64,000 bases of DNA. Source: a virus. Positions 1 to 10,224 of the stretch are shown one piece after another. How positions within the stretch are numbered: position 1 is the stretch's first letter; each line of letters opens with the position of its first letter. The stretch lies in UHGV virus genome UHGV-0020019; one strand, 5' to 3'. The position numbers and the translations under genes were made by a program. A model generated the notes under the pieces. It searched no databases. It saw only the letters and a list, made by a program, of their open reading frames with translations, and was not told where the DNA came from.

Positions 1-3000
1 ATGTCTCTAAGAACTGATGCTGTGATATTGATTCTAGGATTCATATCTTGGATATTCTTCATAAACTCTGCTCTATCAAAATTGTCATTAAGAACAAAAG
101 TCTTCTGTACCTTTCCATCATGCACCAAAGATATTTCATCTCTGTTTTTTCTAAGTAAAATAGTATCTCCTTCCTTATCAAAGTAGAAGATTTTACTTAA
201 TCCAATAACCGCATTAAGTCTTGTCTTGTAATTAGGAGAAGTAACTTCCTGCAAAAGAGTATTTATCTTATCTTTCAAGGAACCATCCCTCATCTCATTA
301 TACTTTAAGACTTTCAAATATGAAGGAACCATCTTACCATTACTAGCAGGCATCAATACAAAAGCACTACCTAAATTACCCATTGGGTCTCTAGGAATCA
401 TTACTTTATCAAGAGATGTTCCTACAACTAAGAACTTACTCATTTCCTGAATACCCCATGCTACAGAATCCAAGTCATAGTGCATAGGATTTCTAGCAGT
501 ATCAGATAATAATTCCATAACACTTCTAAATTCAGAGTTATTATCATTTTCTGTCTGTCTAACTATATATCCAGGAATCAATGAAGCAGGTACTATCTCT
601 GTACTAAGGTTCTCATTTACATAAAATCTTTCACTAGGATGTGCATCAAAGAATTGTTTTCTTTGTTTCTTTAAGTTCAATCCTTCAGAGATATATGGAT
701 TCCAAAGCATATCATATAGTGCTAACTTACTGGCATTTCTATTACCATAGCCAGCAGTACCTATAATCAAATACTTTTTACCATTACTTTCAATAACACC
801 TCCATTAGTATCATCATGGATTGCAGTAATACCCTTATTGATGTTATTGTCATAATCAAGTACCAGCATTAAATGACTCTGCATAGCTACATCATTAGTA
901 GCATTATGCTCAGGCTTGACAGCCATAAACCTAACTTTAGCATTAGGATTTCTTCTTATGATTTTAGCTAGCTCATGGTCTATGATATTCTGTAATTTTA
1001 CACCTGCTGCATTCATCCAAGAATAGTACTGATTCATATTATCATTAGTTTCAGAACCTTTCTTTCTCTCAATGATACCATCATTCTGTAATACTGTAGG
1101 ATTATATTCACTCATAGCATTACCACTAAGAGTAGTAACACTGGTTTCTATATTATGCTGACCAATACCATTAAGTTCTGCTACATCTACATTATCATCA
1201 GATGAGTGTACTTCCTTGTCAGTAGAAGTAATATCCTCCAACTGTTCCTCAATAGTTTCAGACTTACCTTGAACACTATCACCATTATCAAAAAGATTCT
1301 TGTTACCAGTGTCAATACCCTTGGCAGCAAGGTCAGCTTCATTAGCTGCTTGTTGTCTTTCTATTGCCTTATCTATGTTGAACCCCTTCTTTGCCTTCAC
1401 TTGAGCTTTATCTTTGTCTCCTGCGAAGTTACCATTAAAATACCAATCTCCATCTATTTTCTCTAAGGAATCTGCAATGAATGGTATATTTTTCCTGTTT
1501 TTTTGTTCCTCCTTAGCAGTTTCATATTCTTCAGGAGTGATTTCTATAGAGGTATCTTTACCATCAACCTTGAAAGATATTTTATTATCCTCCTTGGCAA
1601 CAAGAAGTTTTCCTTTCTTAGGGCTTTCTGTAGTATAATACCACATATCACCCATGTCAATGCTTCCATTATTAAGGTCGTCATCCATTAAGGAGTTTGC
1701 ATTTTTGATACTGTCATCTGTCTGCTGTAAATCTTCCTCTTCTATAACCTGAGGACTTTTAATTTTGTCTATAGCCTTTTCTTCATCTTTACCTTCTTTC
1801 TCATCAGAAAAGTCAAAAGGTACATCCTCAAGACTGCTTTCATTAAGTCCTTCTTTAGTTGGAATGTTTTCATTTGTTTTCTTCTCAGCAGCTTTCTTTG
1901 CCTCATCTTCTGCCCTTTTCTTTTCTTCTTCTTTCTTTTTTTTCTCTTCCTTTTCTCTCTGCAACCTTTCCTTTCTTGCCTCAACAATAGAAGCATTTCT
2001 TTGATAACCTAAATTTTCAAGACCATTAAGAACATATTCCAAACTACTGGTAGCATCTGGATTATTAACATCATCAATAACCTTTTCAAGACTATCCAAT
2101 ATTTCAGATTTATTATTGGAGTTCTCTACAATAGTATCAATGTTCTTAAGAGTATTCTCTTTCCAGGTATCATCCCTATCTGATTGAGAAATTACAGCCA
2201 TTATATCATCTACAGTTTTTCCCCATTCCTTAGCGTCTGCTACCTGTTGCTGATATTGTGGAAGCAATGTGTCTTCATCAATAGTATCAAGTAGGGTAGA
2301 GTTAAGCTTTCTGAGAGTTTTAAAGACAAATTGATTCTTTGCTTCTTCTGTAATATCAGTATGACCTTTCATACCTTTATCAAACTCATTGATATAGTCT
2401 ACTATTGTCTCTGCATTTCTCTGATTAATCAGTTTATATGCAGCTTCAGCAGCCTGTGCTCTTTGAGCTTCTAACTCTACAGCAGCAGCTTCTGGATTTC
2501 TAGCCATTCTACTATAGGCATCTTGATTAGCATCTATCCTTTGAGTTAGTAAAGCAATATCCTGTACTTTCTGAAGGGCATCAGCATCTTTCATAAGAAG
2601 TTCCTTCTCCAATTTTTCAATCTCTCTTTGTTGCTCTTTGCTATACAATTCTCTGTTTTCTGCCTTCATTATTCTAGCTCTAGTTACTGGATCCAAAGAG
2701 AAGATTTCATCAGCAGTAAGAACCTTATCTTTAGTATCTTTAAAGGCATCAGTCTCTAAATTTCTCATACTAAATTGAAGTTCATTACTTTTAATAGAAG
2801 TTCTATAGATTAAATCCTCCAGATAGCTTTCCTGCTCTTTAGAAGCATCAAGTTTAGCTTTAGTATCTTTCTGCTTATTCTGTGCAGTAAGGATAGCATC
2901 ACTATTCCCTTCTCTTCTAGCTTGCTTACTTTCATCTATTGCTTTAATATACTCTTTATCAAGAGATTCTGTTTTCTTCCTCTGTTCTTCAAGTTCTTTC

Positions 3001-6000
3001 TCTATTTCTGCTTTCTGTTTATCATAGACTTTAACTAAGGATTGGGCATTTTTTACTCCACCAACACTGGCAATATTAATTCTAGCATCTTTAGGAGTAT
3101 CCATAGAAGAGGAATCATCTATCTCAGATTGCATTTTTTCTCTTCTTTCTTCCCAATGACCATTAAGAGCTTGCTGTACTTTCATCTTGGTTCTTACCTC
3201 TGGAGATATAGAAATACCATTATTCTTTTCAATCTTCTGAATCTCATCTTCTGCCTTATTAAATGCTTCTGATGCCTTTTGTAGCTTCTGAGCATTCTGA
3301 GCAATTTCATATAAAGCCTTCTGAGAAGTATACTCATCTTGCTCTATATCTGGGTGAGAAGCATAATATTGAGAAAGGAGATTAGAAATCTCTTCTTCAC
3401 TAAATGGATTCTTTCCTTCTTCAAGATTAAGCTGAGAAGCTTTTTCTATCAATGTCTTAGCATTCTGTACTACAGAAGACATAGTAGTTGGATCATTAGA
3501 ATCTTCACCTAATTTATCTAAAGTATTTACTGCATGAAGAGCCTTAATAAAATCTATAGTCTTCTGGTCTCCTAAGCTCTCAACATTCTCTGAGGCAATA
3601 TTGGAAGCTATCAAGTGCTCAATATCTACAAAGTCATTATATTCATCCAGGAGATTGTTTACATAATCAGCATGACTTCTTAAATCTCTTTCTGTCTGTT
3701 TCTTGCCATAGTAGGTATTAAGTACACCATTCTGAATGAAATAGTTCATCTGTCCTCTCCAGTCATTCCATTTACCAAGGTCTTTATACTTAACAGAACC
3801 ATCTTCATTCTTCAAAGGATTACCATTTTCATCTCTTTCTATCTCACGTCTAAAGTTATTCTTATAAGATTCTCTACCTTCCTTTGTAGCCAGTCTTGCA
3901 AGGTTAGCAAAGTTCGGAGTGAAGTTTACTATACTACCTAGGGCACCCACAGTACCAGCATTCCATGTAGTCTCCTGACCCATAGAGTTCTGTAAACCTT
4001 TTATGTAAGAATACATACCATCTGCAAAGCCATAAGTATTAGCTAAGGCTTCACCATTCTGATAGGAATGAAGATACCTATTGAAGCTATCCTCATTGAT
4101 TCTTTCAGCAGCATCTACTTGCATATCATCAGTACCATTAGTCCAGAAACCGCCCCAAGCCTGAGAGCCTAATGTTTTACCAAACTCTTTCCATTTATCT
4201 GCTCTAGTAAGGAATTTACTTATATCAGTAGTTAATCTCTTTCTACCTTCTGCTGTAGTTACCTCCTTTAATCCTTTAAGAGTAGTTGACATTTTCTTTG
4301 ATAATCCAGCAGGATTAGTATAGAGAAACTTTCTGTAACCCATAGTATTGACAAAGCCATACTTGATAGCTTCTGGCCAGAAAGTATTAAATGCTGCATC
4401 TCCTGCACCATCAATAGCTTTCTGCTGCAAGTTAGCATACTCCTTGGAAGACATTCTTTCCTTAATTCTATTTTGAACTAACTCTCCAAGAACAGCTTCC
4501 TGAGCTTTTGCATGAAGCATCTTGTCAAGAGCTTTTTCATCAGCAATTTGCATGCCTCCATCTCTATGCATTTGAGCAATATATTCTGCTTTTAAGCCAG
4601 CAGCTCTAGCCTTAATAAGTCTATCAACACTTGCTTTATAATTCTTATCAGTATTATACTGATTATAAATATCATTTCTACTAGCAGTCATTGCAGCTTC
4701 TTCAGCATTAGCTAGATTCTGCTGAAGTGTTTCCTGAAAAGTACCTCTATTATAAGCATAGGCAATACCCAAGGCACCTGCTGTTCCCTGGGCTACCTGG
4801 CCTACTTTAGTCTCTGCTGTAAGTAACTTACCTGTGGTATCCAAGACCTTACCAAAGCCTCTAGCCAATTTACCTACTTTACTGGCAGTGCTCAAAAATT
4901 TACCTACAGTACCAATACCAAAAGGAATAACCTGTGCAGAAGCATCTGCCAGACCAAAAGACATCATCTTAAAAGACTCATACCAAAGGTCACTATCTTC
5001 ATTAGGATTATAAGCTACCTTATAAGGACTGCTTCCAATCTTCTCATATTGCTTCTGTTCATTTTCATCGAGAGTTCCAAACTGTTCAGCTCTAGTCCAG
5101 TACTGAGGATTAAGTGTCATCCAGTCAATACCAAATGCTCCCTTAATATCACTACCATCAGGATTCTTTCCCATATTATGAAGAGTGGTATAATCTACCT
5201 GCATCTTATGGACAGAATGGAATGCTCCTTCACTATCTTTATAATGAAGACCTCCTTGTTTATCTCTTATGATTTTAGTCTTGTTAGGATCAAGAACATT
5301 ACCTTTATCATCTACCATTACAATAGGCTTTTCTGCATAAGCATCCTGACCTGCTCTATATAATTCTGCAATACCATTCAATTTATCAGCAGAATAACTC
5401 ATAGCAGAAATACCTACATCTTTAGCAAATAAACCAAATTTTTTAAGGCTGCCTTGATGCTCTTTGATATACCTCTTAGCTTCATTATTTAAAGCTGAAG
5501 CTGCCATATCAGGTGACATGTTAGCTTCATATACTTTCTTTTTAGCAAGTATCTGACGCATATCATCAATGCTAAAGTTCTTCATCTCTGAAGTAATCTG
5601 GTTTTCAGAACCATTGCCATAATGAGAGGCAAACTCAGATATACCCATATTGGTCATACCATTCTTATCTTTATAGCTTCCAGGAGTAATAGCCTGTACA
5701 AAAGCTTCCTTTACCTGTTTATCACTAAGTCCTGTAATATATGGATCATTAAGATAAGTTTGAGATACCTGATAACCTAAGTTCTTTGCATGATTATCTA
5801 CATCATCATTATAGATTTTTTCAAGAATCCTTTGATTTTTATCAAAGGCTAATTTTCTTCCTGATTCCTCACTACCTGCAAAAGACTGAGGAGCACTAGC
5901 TGCTTGCATGGAGACTCCTAGAGGCATGAAAGCCCCCTGTCCACTATTCATGTGAACTGTTTCCCTAGCTTTTATGTCTTTGTTCCATTTATCTTCAAAT

Positions 6001-6392
6001 TCTTTAGGAGTAAGATAATTACTCTCCATAAGTTTAAGCTTAGCATCAGTAGAAAGCTGATTATACTTTTCAAAATCAGCTCCTAAGCCTTTATTGTTGT
6101 CTCTAGTACCATCAGCATTAATAGGACTATATAATTTAGTAAATTCAGTGTTGACTATATCATCCTTATATAAGGTGTTACGCACATCTATATCTGGTAT
6201 AGCTTTGAATTTCTCAATACCATACTTATCAATAAATTGCTTGTTTGAATAGAGATTATTGATATACACAGGATCATACCCATGCTGTGAAATCAAATCC
6301 CTATTCTTATTTATAAAACTATCATATTGAGCTTTTGAAAGACTTTTTAGTCCTTGTAAGCCTCGTAATCCTTGCAGTTTATCTATTGACAT
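1..6392 (-). CDS. giant virion/ejected-cargo-like protein, N-terminal >2130 aa; 3' end lies beyond the window edge
   Basis: Minus-strand ATG (rc cat ~6390-6392) opens MSIDKLQGLRGLQGL...; my manual translation stays open down to position 1. The six-frame track shows no competing minus ORFs over these 6.4 kb, only short antisense + ORFs, which fits a gene running off the edge. Contains a Gly-zipper IPFGIGTVGKFLSTASKVGK and a long K/E-rich coiled-coil stretch. Confidence 0.6.
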   Translation of the reverse strand, partial: MSIDKLQGLRGLQGLKSLSKAQYDSFINKNRDLISQHGYDPVYINNLYSNKQFIDKYGIEKFKAIPDIDVRNTLYKDDIVNTEFTKLYSPINADGTRDNNKGLGADFEKYNQLSTDAKLKLMESNYLTPKEFEDKWNKDIKARETVHMNSGQGAFMPLGVSMQAASAPQSFAGSEESGRKLAFDKNQRILEKIYNDDVDNHAKNLGYQVSQTYLNDPYITGLSDKQVKEAFVQAITPGSYKDKNGMTNMGISEFASHYGNGSENQITSEMKNFSIDDMRQILAKKKVYEANMSPDMAASALNNEAKRYIKEHQGSLKKFGLFAKDVGISAMSYSADKLNGIAELYRAGQDAYAEKPIVMVDDKGNVLDPNKTKIIRDKQGGLHYKDSEGAFHSVHKMQVDYTTLHNMGKNPDGSDIKGAFGIDWMTLNPQYWTRAEQFGTLDENEQKQYEKIGSSPYKVAYNPNEDSDLWYESFKMMSFGLADASAQVIPFGIGTVGKFLSTASKVGKLARGFGKVLDTTGKLLTAETKVGQVAQGTAGALGIAYAYNRGTFQETLQQNLANAEEAAMTASRNDIYNQYNTDKNYKASVDRLIKARAAGLKAEYIAQMHRDGGMQIADEKALDKMLHAKAQEAVLGELVQNRIKERMSSKEYANLQQKAIDGAGDAAFNTFWPEAIKYGFVNTMGYRKFLYTNPAGLSKKMSTTLKGLKEVTTAEGRKRLTTDISKFLTRADKWKEFGKTLGSQAWGGFWTNGTDDMQVDAAERINEDSFNRYLHSYQNGEALANTYGFADGMYSYIKGLQNSMGQETTWNAGTVGALGSIVNFTPNFANLARLATKEGRESYKNNFRREIERDENGNPLKNEDGSVKYKDLGKWNDWRGQMNYFIQNGVLNTYYGKKQTERDLRSHADYVNNLLDEYNDFVDIEHLIASNIASENVESLGDQKTIDFIKALHAVNTLDKLGEDSNDPTTMSSVVQNAKTLIEKASQLNLEEGKNPFSEEEISNLLSQYYASHPDIEQDEYTSQKALYEIAQNAQKLQKASEAFNKAEDEIQKIEKNNGISISPEVRTKMKVQQALNGHWEERREKMQSEIDDSSSMDTPKDARINIASVGGVKNAQSLVKVYDKQKAEIEKELEEQRKKTESLDKEYIKAIDESKQARREGNSDAILTAQNKQKDTKAKLDASKEQESYLEDLIYRTSIKSNELQFSMRNLETDAFKDTKDKVLTADEIFSLDPVTRARIMKAENRELYSKEQQREIEKLEKELLMKDADALQKVQDIALLTQRIDANQDAYSRMARNPEAAAVELEAQRAQAAEAAYKLINQRNAETIVDYINEFDKGMKGHTDITEEAKNQFVFKTLRKLNSTLLDTIDEDTLLPQYQQQVADAKEWGKTVDDIMAVISQSDRDDTWKENTLKNIDTIVENSNNKSEILDSLEKVIDDVNNPDATSSLEYVLNGLENLGYQRNASIVEARKERLQREKEEKKKKEEEKKRAEDEAKKAAEKKTNENIPTKEGLNESSLEDVPFDFSDEKEGKDEEKAIDKIKSPQVIEEEDLQQTDDSIKNANSLMDDDLNNGSIDMGDMWYYTTESPKKGKLLVAKEDNKISFKVDGKDTSIEITPEEYETAKEEQKNRKNIPFIADSLEKIDGDWYFNGNFAGDKDKAQVKAKKGFNIDKAIERQQAANEADLAAKGIDTGNKNLFDNGDSVQGKSETIEEQLEDITSTDKEVHSSDDNVDVAELNGIGQHNIETSVTTLSGNAMSEYNPTVLQNDGIIERKKGSETNDNMNQYYSWMNAAGVKLQNIIDHELAKIIRRNPNAKVRFMAVKPEHNATNDVAMQSHLMLVLDYDNNINKGITAIHDDTNGGVIESNGKKYLIIGTAGYGNRNASKLALYDMLWNPYISEGLNLKKQRKQFFDAHPSERFYVNENLSTEIVPASLIPGYIVRQTENDNNSEFRSVMELLSDTARNPMHYDLDSVAWGIQEMSKFLVVGTSLDKVMIPRDPMGNLGSAFVLMPASNGKMVPSYLKVLKYNEMRDGSLKDKINTLLQEVTSPNYKTRLNAVIGLSKIFYFDKEGDTILLRKNRDEISLVHDGKVQKTFVLNDNFDRAEFMKNIQDMNPRINITASVLRD

Positions 6393-6709
6393 AACTTCTA
6401 TATTAATTTTTATTTGCAAATTTAATTAATTACTTAGATGTACTTCTATATTTTATGATGACTATTATTTAAACTAATGAACTTACTGAGTAGTTATAAA
6501 CTCTTTTTCTTTTCTTTAAATGCTTTGTTGCTTTCAAATTAAAACTTTTACCCTGTATATTTTATACAAATATATCAATTTAAAAGTATTCACAAAGTTT
6601 AACTGAAATAGTTTGCTCAAAATTAAGATTTTTGTGCAGAAAAGCTTAAATTTACAACATATAAAAATTAAATAACGGATATTTAACTTAAACAAAAGGA
6701 GATTTCAAT
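6393..6709. promoter_or_regulatory. ~317-bp AT-rich divergent intergenic region between the giant minus gene and the plus-strand island; AAAGGAG RBS ~10 nt before the 6710 ATG
   Basis: No ORF; divergent starts at 6392 (-) and 6710 (+); purine-rich aaaaggag immediately upstream of 6710. Confidence 0.3.
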
Positions 6710-7273
6710 ATGCAAGAAAGGAGAAAGGGTAGTAGTATGCCTACTGCAAGTGAGAAAGCAATTTGGACATTATATCATTGGGGTGCTATATTTACTCCTA
6801 TAGGTATAATGCTTTCTCACTGGTACATATTTTATGTATTTAGTCAGAATAACTATGAGTTGATGCATTACTCACCTGCTAATGAAATATGTATAGCTTG
6901 GATATATACAATATTGTACTTGGTTGTACCTATAGTATTACTGCCTGCCAGTTATCTGTTCAGATGGTGCAATCTTTTCAGAGTACCATTTATTTACTTT
7001 ATATTTATTAATGTAGAAAGATTATATTATGGTTCTTGGTTCTGTACAAATGAAATGATAGATACTCACTATATCCTCATCTATTGTATTATATGTATAT
7101 ATGGTTTGGAACTTATTGGATTAACTTTAAAATACCAGAAGGATATTAATAGAAATATTAAGCTTTTTAAGATTTATCTTTTAAGAAGAACTAAAAAAAT
7201 GTTTACTGGTAGCCATGCTAGTGATAATATGTGTGATGAGATTATAGATATAATTGAAAAGAAACATGCCTAA
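6710..7273 (+). CDS. integral membrane protein with ~4 TM helices (holin-like or exclusion-like; function unknown)
   Basis: Hydrophobic segments IWTLYHWGAIFTPIGIMLSHWYIFYVF, ICIAWIYTILYLVVPIVLLPASYLF, VPFIYFIFINV, ILIYCIICIYGLELIGL; RBS aaaggag upstream. Confidence 0.5.
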   Translation: MQERRKGSSMPTASEKAIWTLYHWGAIFTPIGIMLSHWYIFYVFSQNNYELMHYSPANEICIAWIYTILYLVVPIVLLPASYLFRWCNLFRVPFIYFIFINVERLYYGSWFCTNEMIDTHYILIYCIICIYGLELIGLTLKYQKDINRNIKLFKIYLLRRTKKMFTGSHASDNMCDEIIDIIEKKHA

Positions 7274-7605
7274 TGGATTTAAGAGAACAATTTTTATGTA
7301 ATGCCTTAGATAGATTTAAAGAGATGATAACCAATGGAGATTGTTCTAAGGCTGATATTACTTATTTTTGCAATCTATCTAAATATGAATTGGATAGAAG
7401 AGGAGCTGCTATAGACAAGAAAGGATGGCTTACAAAGATAGAAGCCAGTCAAATGCTTGGAGTTAGTACTTCCACCTTTGACAGAATGATTCTTAAAGGT
7501 GTATTACCAAGAGGGAAGAAGGTTGTTCATCAGAAATGTTTAATGTGGAAATGTGATGATATTGAGCAATTAAAACATATAATGTTGCTCAATGCAAATA
7601 GTTAA
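7273..7605 (+). CDS. helix-turn-helix DNA-binding protein (excisionase/MerR-like HTH)
   Basis: LTKIEASQMLGVSTSTFDRMILKGVLP matches the classic HTH pattern (hydrophobic-G-V/I-S-xx-T-hydrophobic); start overlaps the upstream stop at 7273. Confidence 0.5.
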   Translation: MDLREQFLCNALDRFKEMITNGDCSKADITYFCNLSKYELDRRGAAIDKKGWLTKIEASQMLGVSTSTFDRMILKGVLPRGKKVVHQKCLMWKCDDIEQLKHIMLLNANS

Positions 7606-7714
7606 TAGATAAAGGGTTAAGTGTAGAGCTTGAGCAATGTTTATTGTTCAAGCTTTTTTGTTATATCTTTGCTACAGTAATCGATTACATAGTGTTTTTA
7701 AATCTAATATTTAA

Positions 7715-8503
7715 TTGCTTAATAAAGATTGTATCATGGATATGACAAATGAGAAAGTAGTAGAGAAGAAAGTCTACGAAAACAAGAAGGATGAATATGC
7801 ATCTAAAGGTGTTGCTGGTACAGCCCTTGGCTTGGGTATAGCTGGCACTGCTCTTGGTGTATTGCCTTGGCTTACAGGTAATGGTGGTCGCAACATCTTT
7901 GGTTCACTTGGTAATAGTATGCCAGATAATGTTAATATTAACACCTATGGTGGTATGACTACAAGTAATGCTGCTCCTACAGCCCTTGAGGTAATGCAGA
8001 AAGAGTGTTCTGATGAAGTAAGGTTGCTTACTGACATGTTTACTTTGAAGTTGAATACTCAGCAGCAGATGTATGACCATCGAGATACTGACATCAATGA
8101 GAAGTTTAGTATGTGGAAAGGCTTTGTAAATGCATTAGATGCTGAGAATAGGAGAAGTATGGAGGCAGAGTTTGGTCTCTATAAGTCTCAAAGGGATGCT
8201 GATGATCACTTGAAGGATGCTATGGTAGCTCAGGGATTCTCTCTTTACAAGAATCAGCGTGATGGCTTTGATGCTCTCAATGAGAAGTATGCAGCAAAGT
8301 TCAATGAGCTTGATAAGGAAGTAGCAGTACTGAAGGCTATACGTCCATATCAGGATAAGTTGTTGATGGATTATACTGACAAGAAGACTTGCACCTGCAT
8401 TAGAGGACAGCTTGTATTGCCTAATACTCCTGTAATCAATGGCTATGGAAGCTATAATGGATGCAACTGTGTGAGTAGTGCAACTCCCACCACTGGTGCC
8501 TAG
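7715..8503 (+). CDS. membrane-anchored protein with Gly-zipper TM and Cys-rich C-terminus
   Basis: GVAGTALGLGIAGTALGVLPWLTGNGG TM/Gly-zipper; C-terminal KKTCTCIRG...NGCNCVSS. Confidence 0.45.
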   Translation: MLNKDCIMDMTNEKVVEKKVYENKKDEYASKGVAGTALGLGIAGTALGVLPWLTGNGGRNIFGSLGNSMPDNVNINTYGGMTTSNAAPTALEVMQKECSDEVRLLTDMFTLKLNTQQQMYDHRDTDINEKFSMWKGFVNALDAENRRSMEAEFGLYKSQRDADDHLKDAMVAQGFSLYKNQRDGFDALNEKYAAKFNELDKEVAVLKAIRPYQDKLLMDYTDKKTCTCIRGQLVLPNTPVINGYGSYNGCNCVSSATPTTGA

Positions 8504-8613
8504 GCAGAAAGCTTCTAAGAAAGGAGCTAAGAGAAAATAAGACAGGTGTGAGATACTATTAAAAGGTATCTCCACCTTTCTAAAATAAGTATCAATTTTA
8601 AATAGATGTTAGT

Positions 8614-9099
8614 ATGAATTTTACAGCAGACCCTATATTAGGAGGACAACAAAGTCAGCAGGATACACTTAGTCAGATGAATGAGTGGGCACAGAAGTTT
8701 GCAGAGTTACAGAAGCAGAAAGGTAATTTCAATATGCAACCTCAGCAATCAAAAACTCCTACTTGGGATGAGATAGATAAGATAATGGATAGTCTTACAG
8801 ATACCCAGAAGAATTATCTTAACCAAAACCAAGACTTTGTAGAGAGTTATCAAGATGTAGCCAATATTCTACAGAGAGAAGAACTTAGAATTATCAGACC
8901 TCTTGTAGAACAAACTAAAGATGGTAAGGAAGCTTTAGATAGACACCTGGCACTTATCAAGAAATTAAAGAAGAGTGCTATGCAGGCAGAAGAAGAGAAG
9001 ACTGCTTTATGGAATGAATATATGACCAACTATAGTGATATGACTTTCAAGGACTTTATGACAATGAAGAAGCAAGATAAGAAAGGAGGCTCTAAATGA
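8614..9099 (+). CDS. hypothetical protein
   Basis: ORF in track; co-oriented with tight spacing; ATGA overlap with the next ORF (9096). Confidence 0.45.
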   Translation: MNFTADPILGGQQSQQDTLSQMNEWAQKFAELQKQKGNFNMQPQQSKTPTWDEIDKIMDSLTDTQKNYLNQNQDFVESYQDVANILQREELRIIRPLVEQTKDGKEALDRHLALIKKLKKSAMQAEEEKTALWNEYMTNYSDMTFKDFMTMKKQDKKGGSK

Positions 9100-9527
9100 A
9101 TATACCTACACTTAAAGAGAAAATGCTTAGTAGCTTAGATATTTGGCTAAAAGAACGTATTGATGAAATGGTAAGTGATAATCCCACTTTAGCAGTATCT
9201 TCAGTCTATATTAAGCGTGGATGTCATAACATCCTTAAAAAATATGAGGGAAAGATAAGTCAAAGTATTGATAATGCAGCCTTATTCCTTGCAGATGAGA
9301 AGGGGGACATCAATACCAATACATTGTTTGCAGATGTAATTGAACTCTTCAAAGGACTTGAGGATAGCCCCTTTGATATAGGATTGGTTCAAGGTGTAGT
9401 TGGCAAGGGGAAAATTTCCATAACATTGCCAGACAACATTTTTACTAACATCATATTTGGTAATAAGAAAACTATCACATTCAATGAGAAAGACTTCTTG
9501 GAATTGAAGGCTTTGCTTGTTGAATAA
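9096..9527 (+). CDS. hypothetical protein
   Basis: ORF in track; translationally coupled (4-nt overlap) to the upstream ORF. Confidence 0.45.
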   Translation: MNIPTLKEKMLSSLDIWLKERIDEMVSDNPTLAVSSVYIKRGCHNILKKYEGKISQSIDNAALFLADEKGDINTNTLFADVIELFKGLEDSPFDIGLVQGVVGKGKISITLPDNIFTNIIFGNKKTITFNEKDFLELKALLVE

Positions 9528-9542
9528 TAAATACTTAGAGAT

Positions 9543-10046
9543 ATGGAACAGAAAGAAATAATGAATATGTTTGATAAGCTCTATACCAAGATGAGCACAT
9601 CCAGTGACCCTAATAATATGCATATCTTTGGTAATACTATGAAGAGTATGTTTAAAGATATGATAGAATTGAGACCAGACGTAGCTCAGGAATATCTTGA
9701 TAAACTTGAAGCTATCAATTGGAAGAATTATCTGTCTAAGAAGGAAGCTATAACCATAGTAAATAGTATGGAACCTTCAGGAGGTTGGGATGTTTCAGAA
9801 TGGGAGAGATGTATGAAGAATCTGGATTTCCGTACTGAGGATTCTCCTTATTATAATAAGTGGGCTATGTATGTTGCAATGAATATGATCTACTCTGATA
9901 GTGCCAGTACTATTGCTAAAATTGCAGGTAAGAGTCTTTCTGAAATGCCTAGAGAAGAAATATTCAAGGCAATACATTGTCTAGCTTTAGATAAACTAAA
10001 AGATAAAGATGGTATGTTTGACATACGAGCATACTTTCATGTATAA
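9543..10046 (+). CDS. hypothetical protein
   Basis: ORF in track; followed by a hairpin plus T-run. Confidence 0.45.
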   Translation: MEQKEIMNMFDKLYTKMSTSSDPNNMHIFGNTMKSMFKDMIELRPDVAQEYLDKLEAINWKNYLSKKEAITIVNSMEPSGGWDVSEWERCMKNLDFRTEDSPYYNKWAMYVAMNMIYSDSASTIAKIAGKSLSEMPREEIFKAIHCLALDKLKDKDGMFDIRAYFHV

Positions 10047-10077
10047 AGAATTTACATCATAAGATTTACTGTTTGTG

Positions 10078-10118
10078 TTAAGGAGGGGATTCTACTAAGA
10101 GTCTTCTCCTTTTTATAT
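10078..10118 (+). terminator. putative rho-independent terminator
   Basis: Imperfect hairpin taAGGAGgggattct-acta-agagtcttCTCCTT followed by TTTTATATT, just after the 10046 stop. Confidence 0.4.
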
Positions 10119-10188
10119 TATATTAGTCAGTTGATTTAGAGTAACTTAGGGAAAATGTTAGATACCTTATATTGATTACTTCTTTTGT

Positions 10189-10196
10189 TATCTTTG
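10189..10196 (+). promoter_or_regulatory. Bacteroides-type -7 promoter box (TATCTTTG = TAnnTTTG) ~28 nt upstream of the 10225 ATG
   Basis: Exact match to the Bacteroidetes sigma-A -7 consensus TAnnTTTG; no SD, as usual in this lineage. Confidence 0.3.
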
Positions 10197-10224
10197 CAAA
10201 TAAAGAAAATAAAGAAATATAAAT

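Noticed and set aside
1765-2004. Polypyrimidine tract (ctttcttttcttcttctttctttttttt...) with ORFs called on both strands
   Set aside because: It is the K/E-rich low-complexity coding segment (...KKKKEEEKKRAEDEAKK...) of the partial giant minus gene, not a separate element.
8135-8575. 146-aa minus-strand ORF
   Set aside because: Lies entirely antisense within or overlapping the 7715-8503 plus gene; I/L/S-rich composition typical of antisense frames in AT-rich coding DNA.
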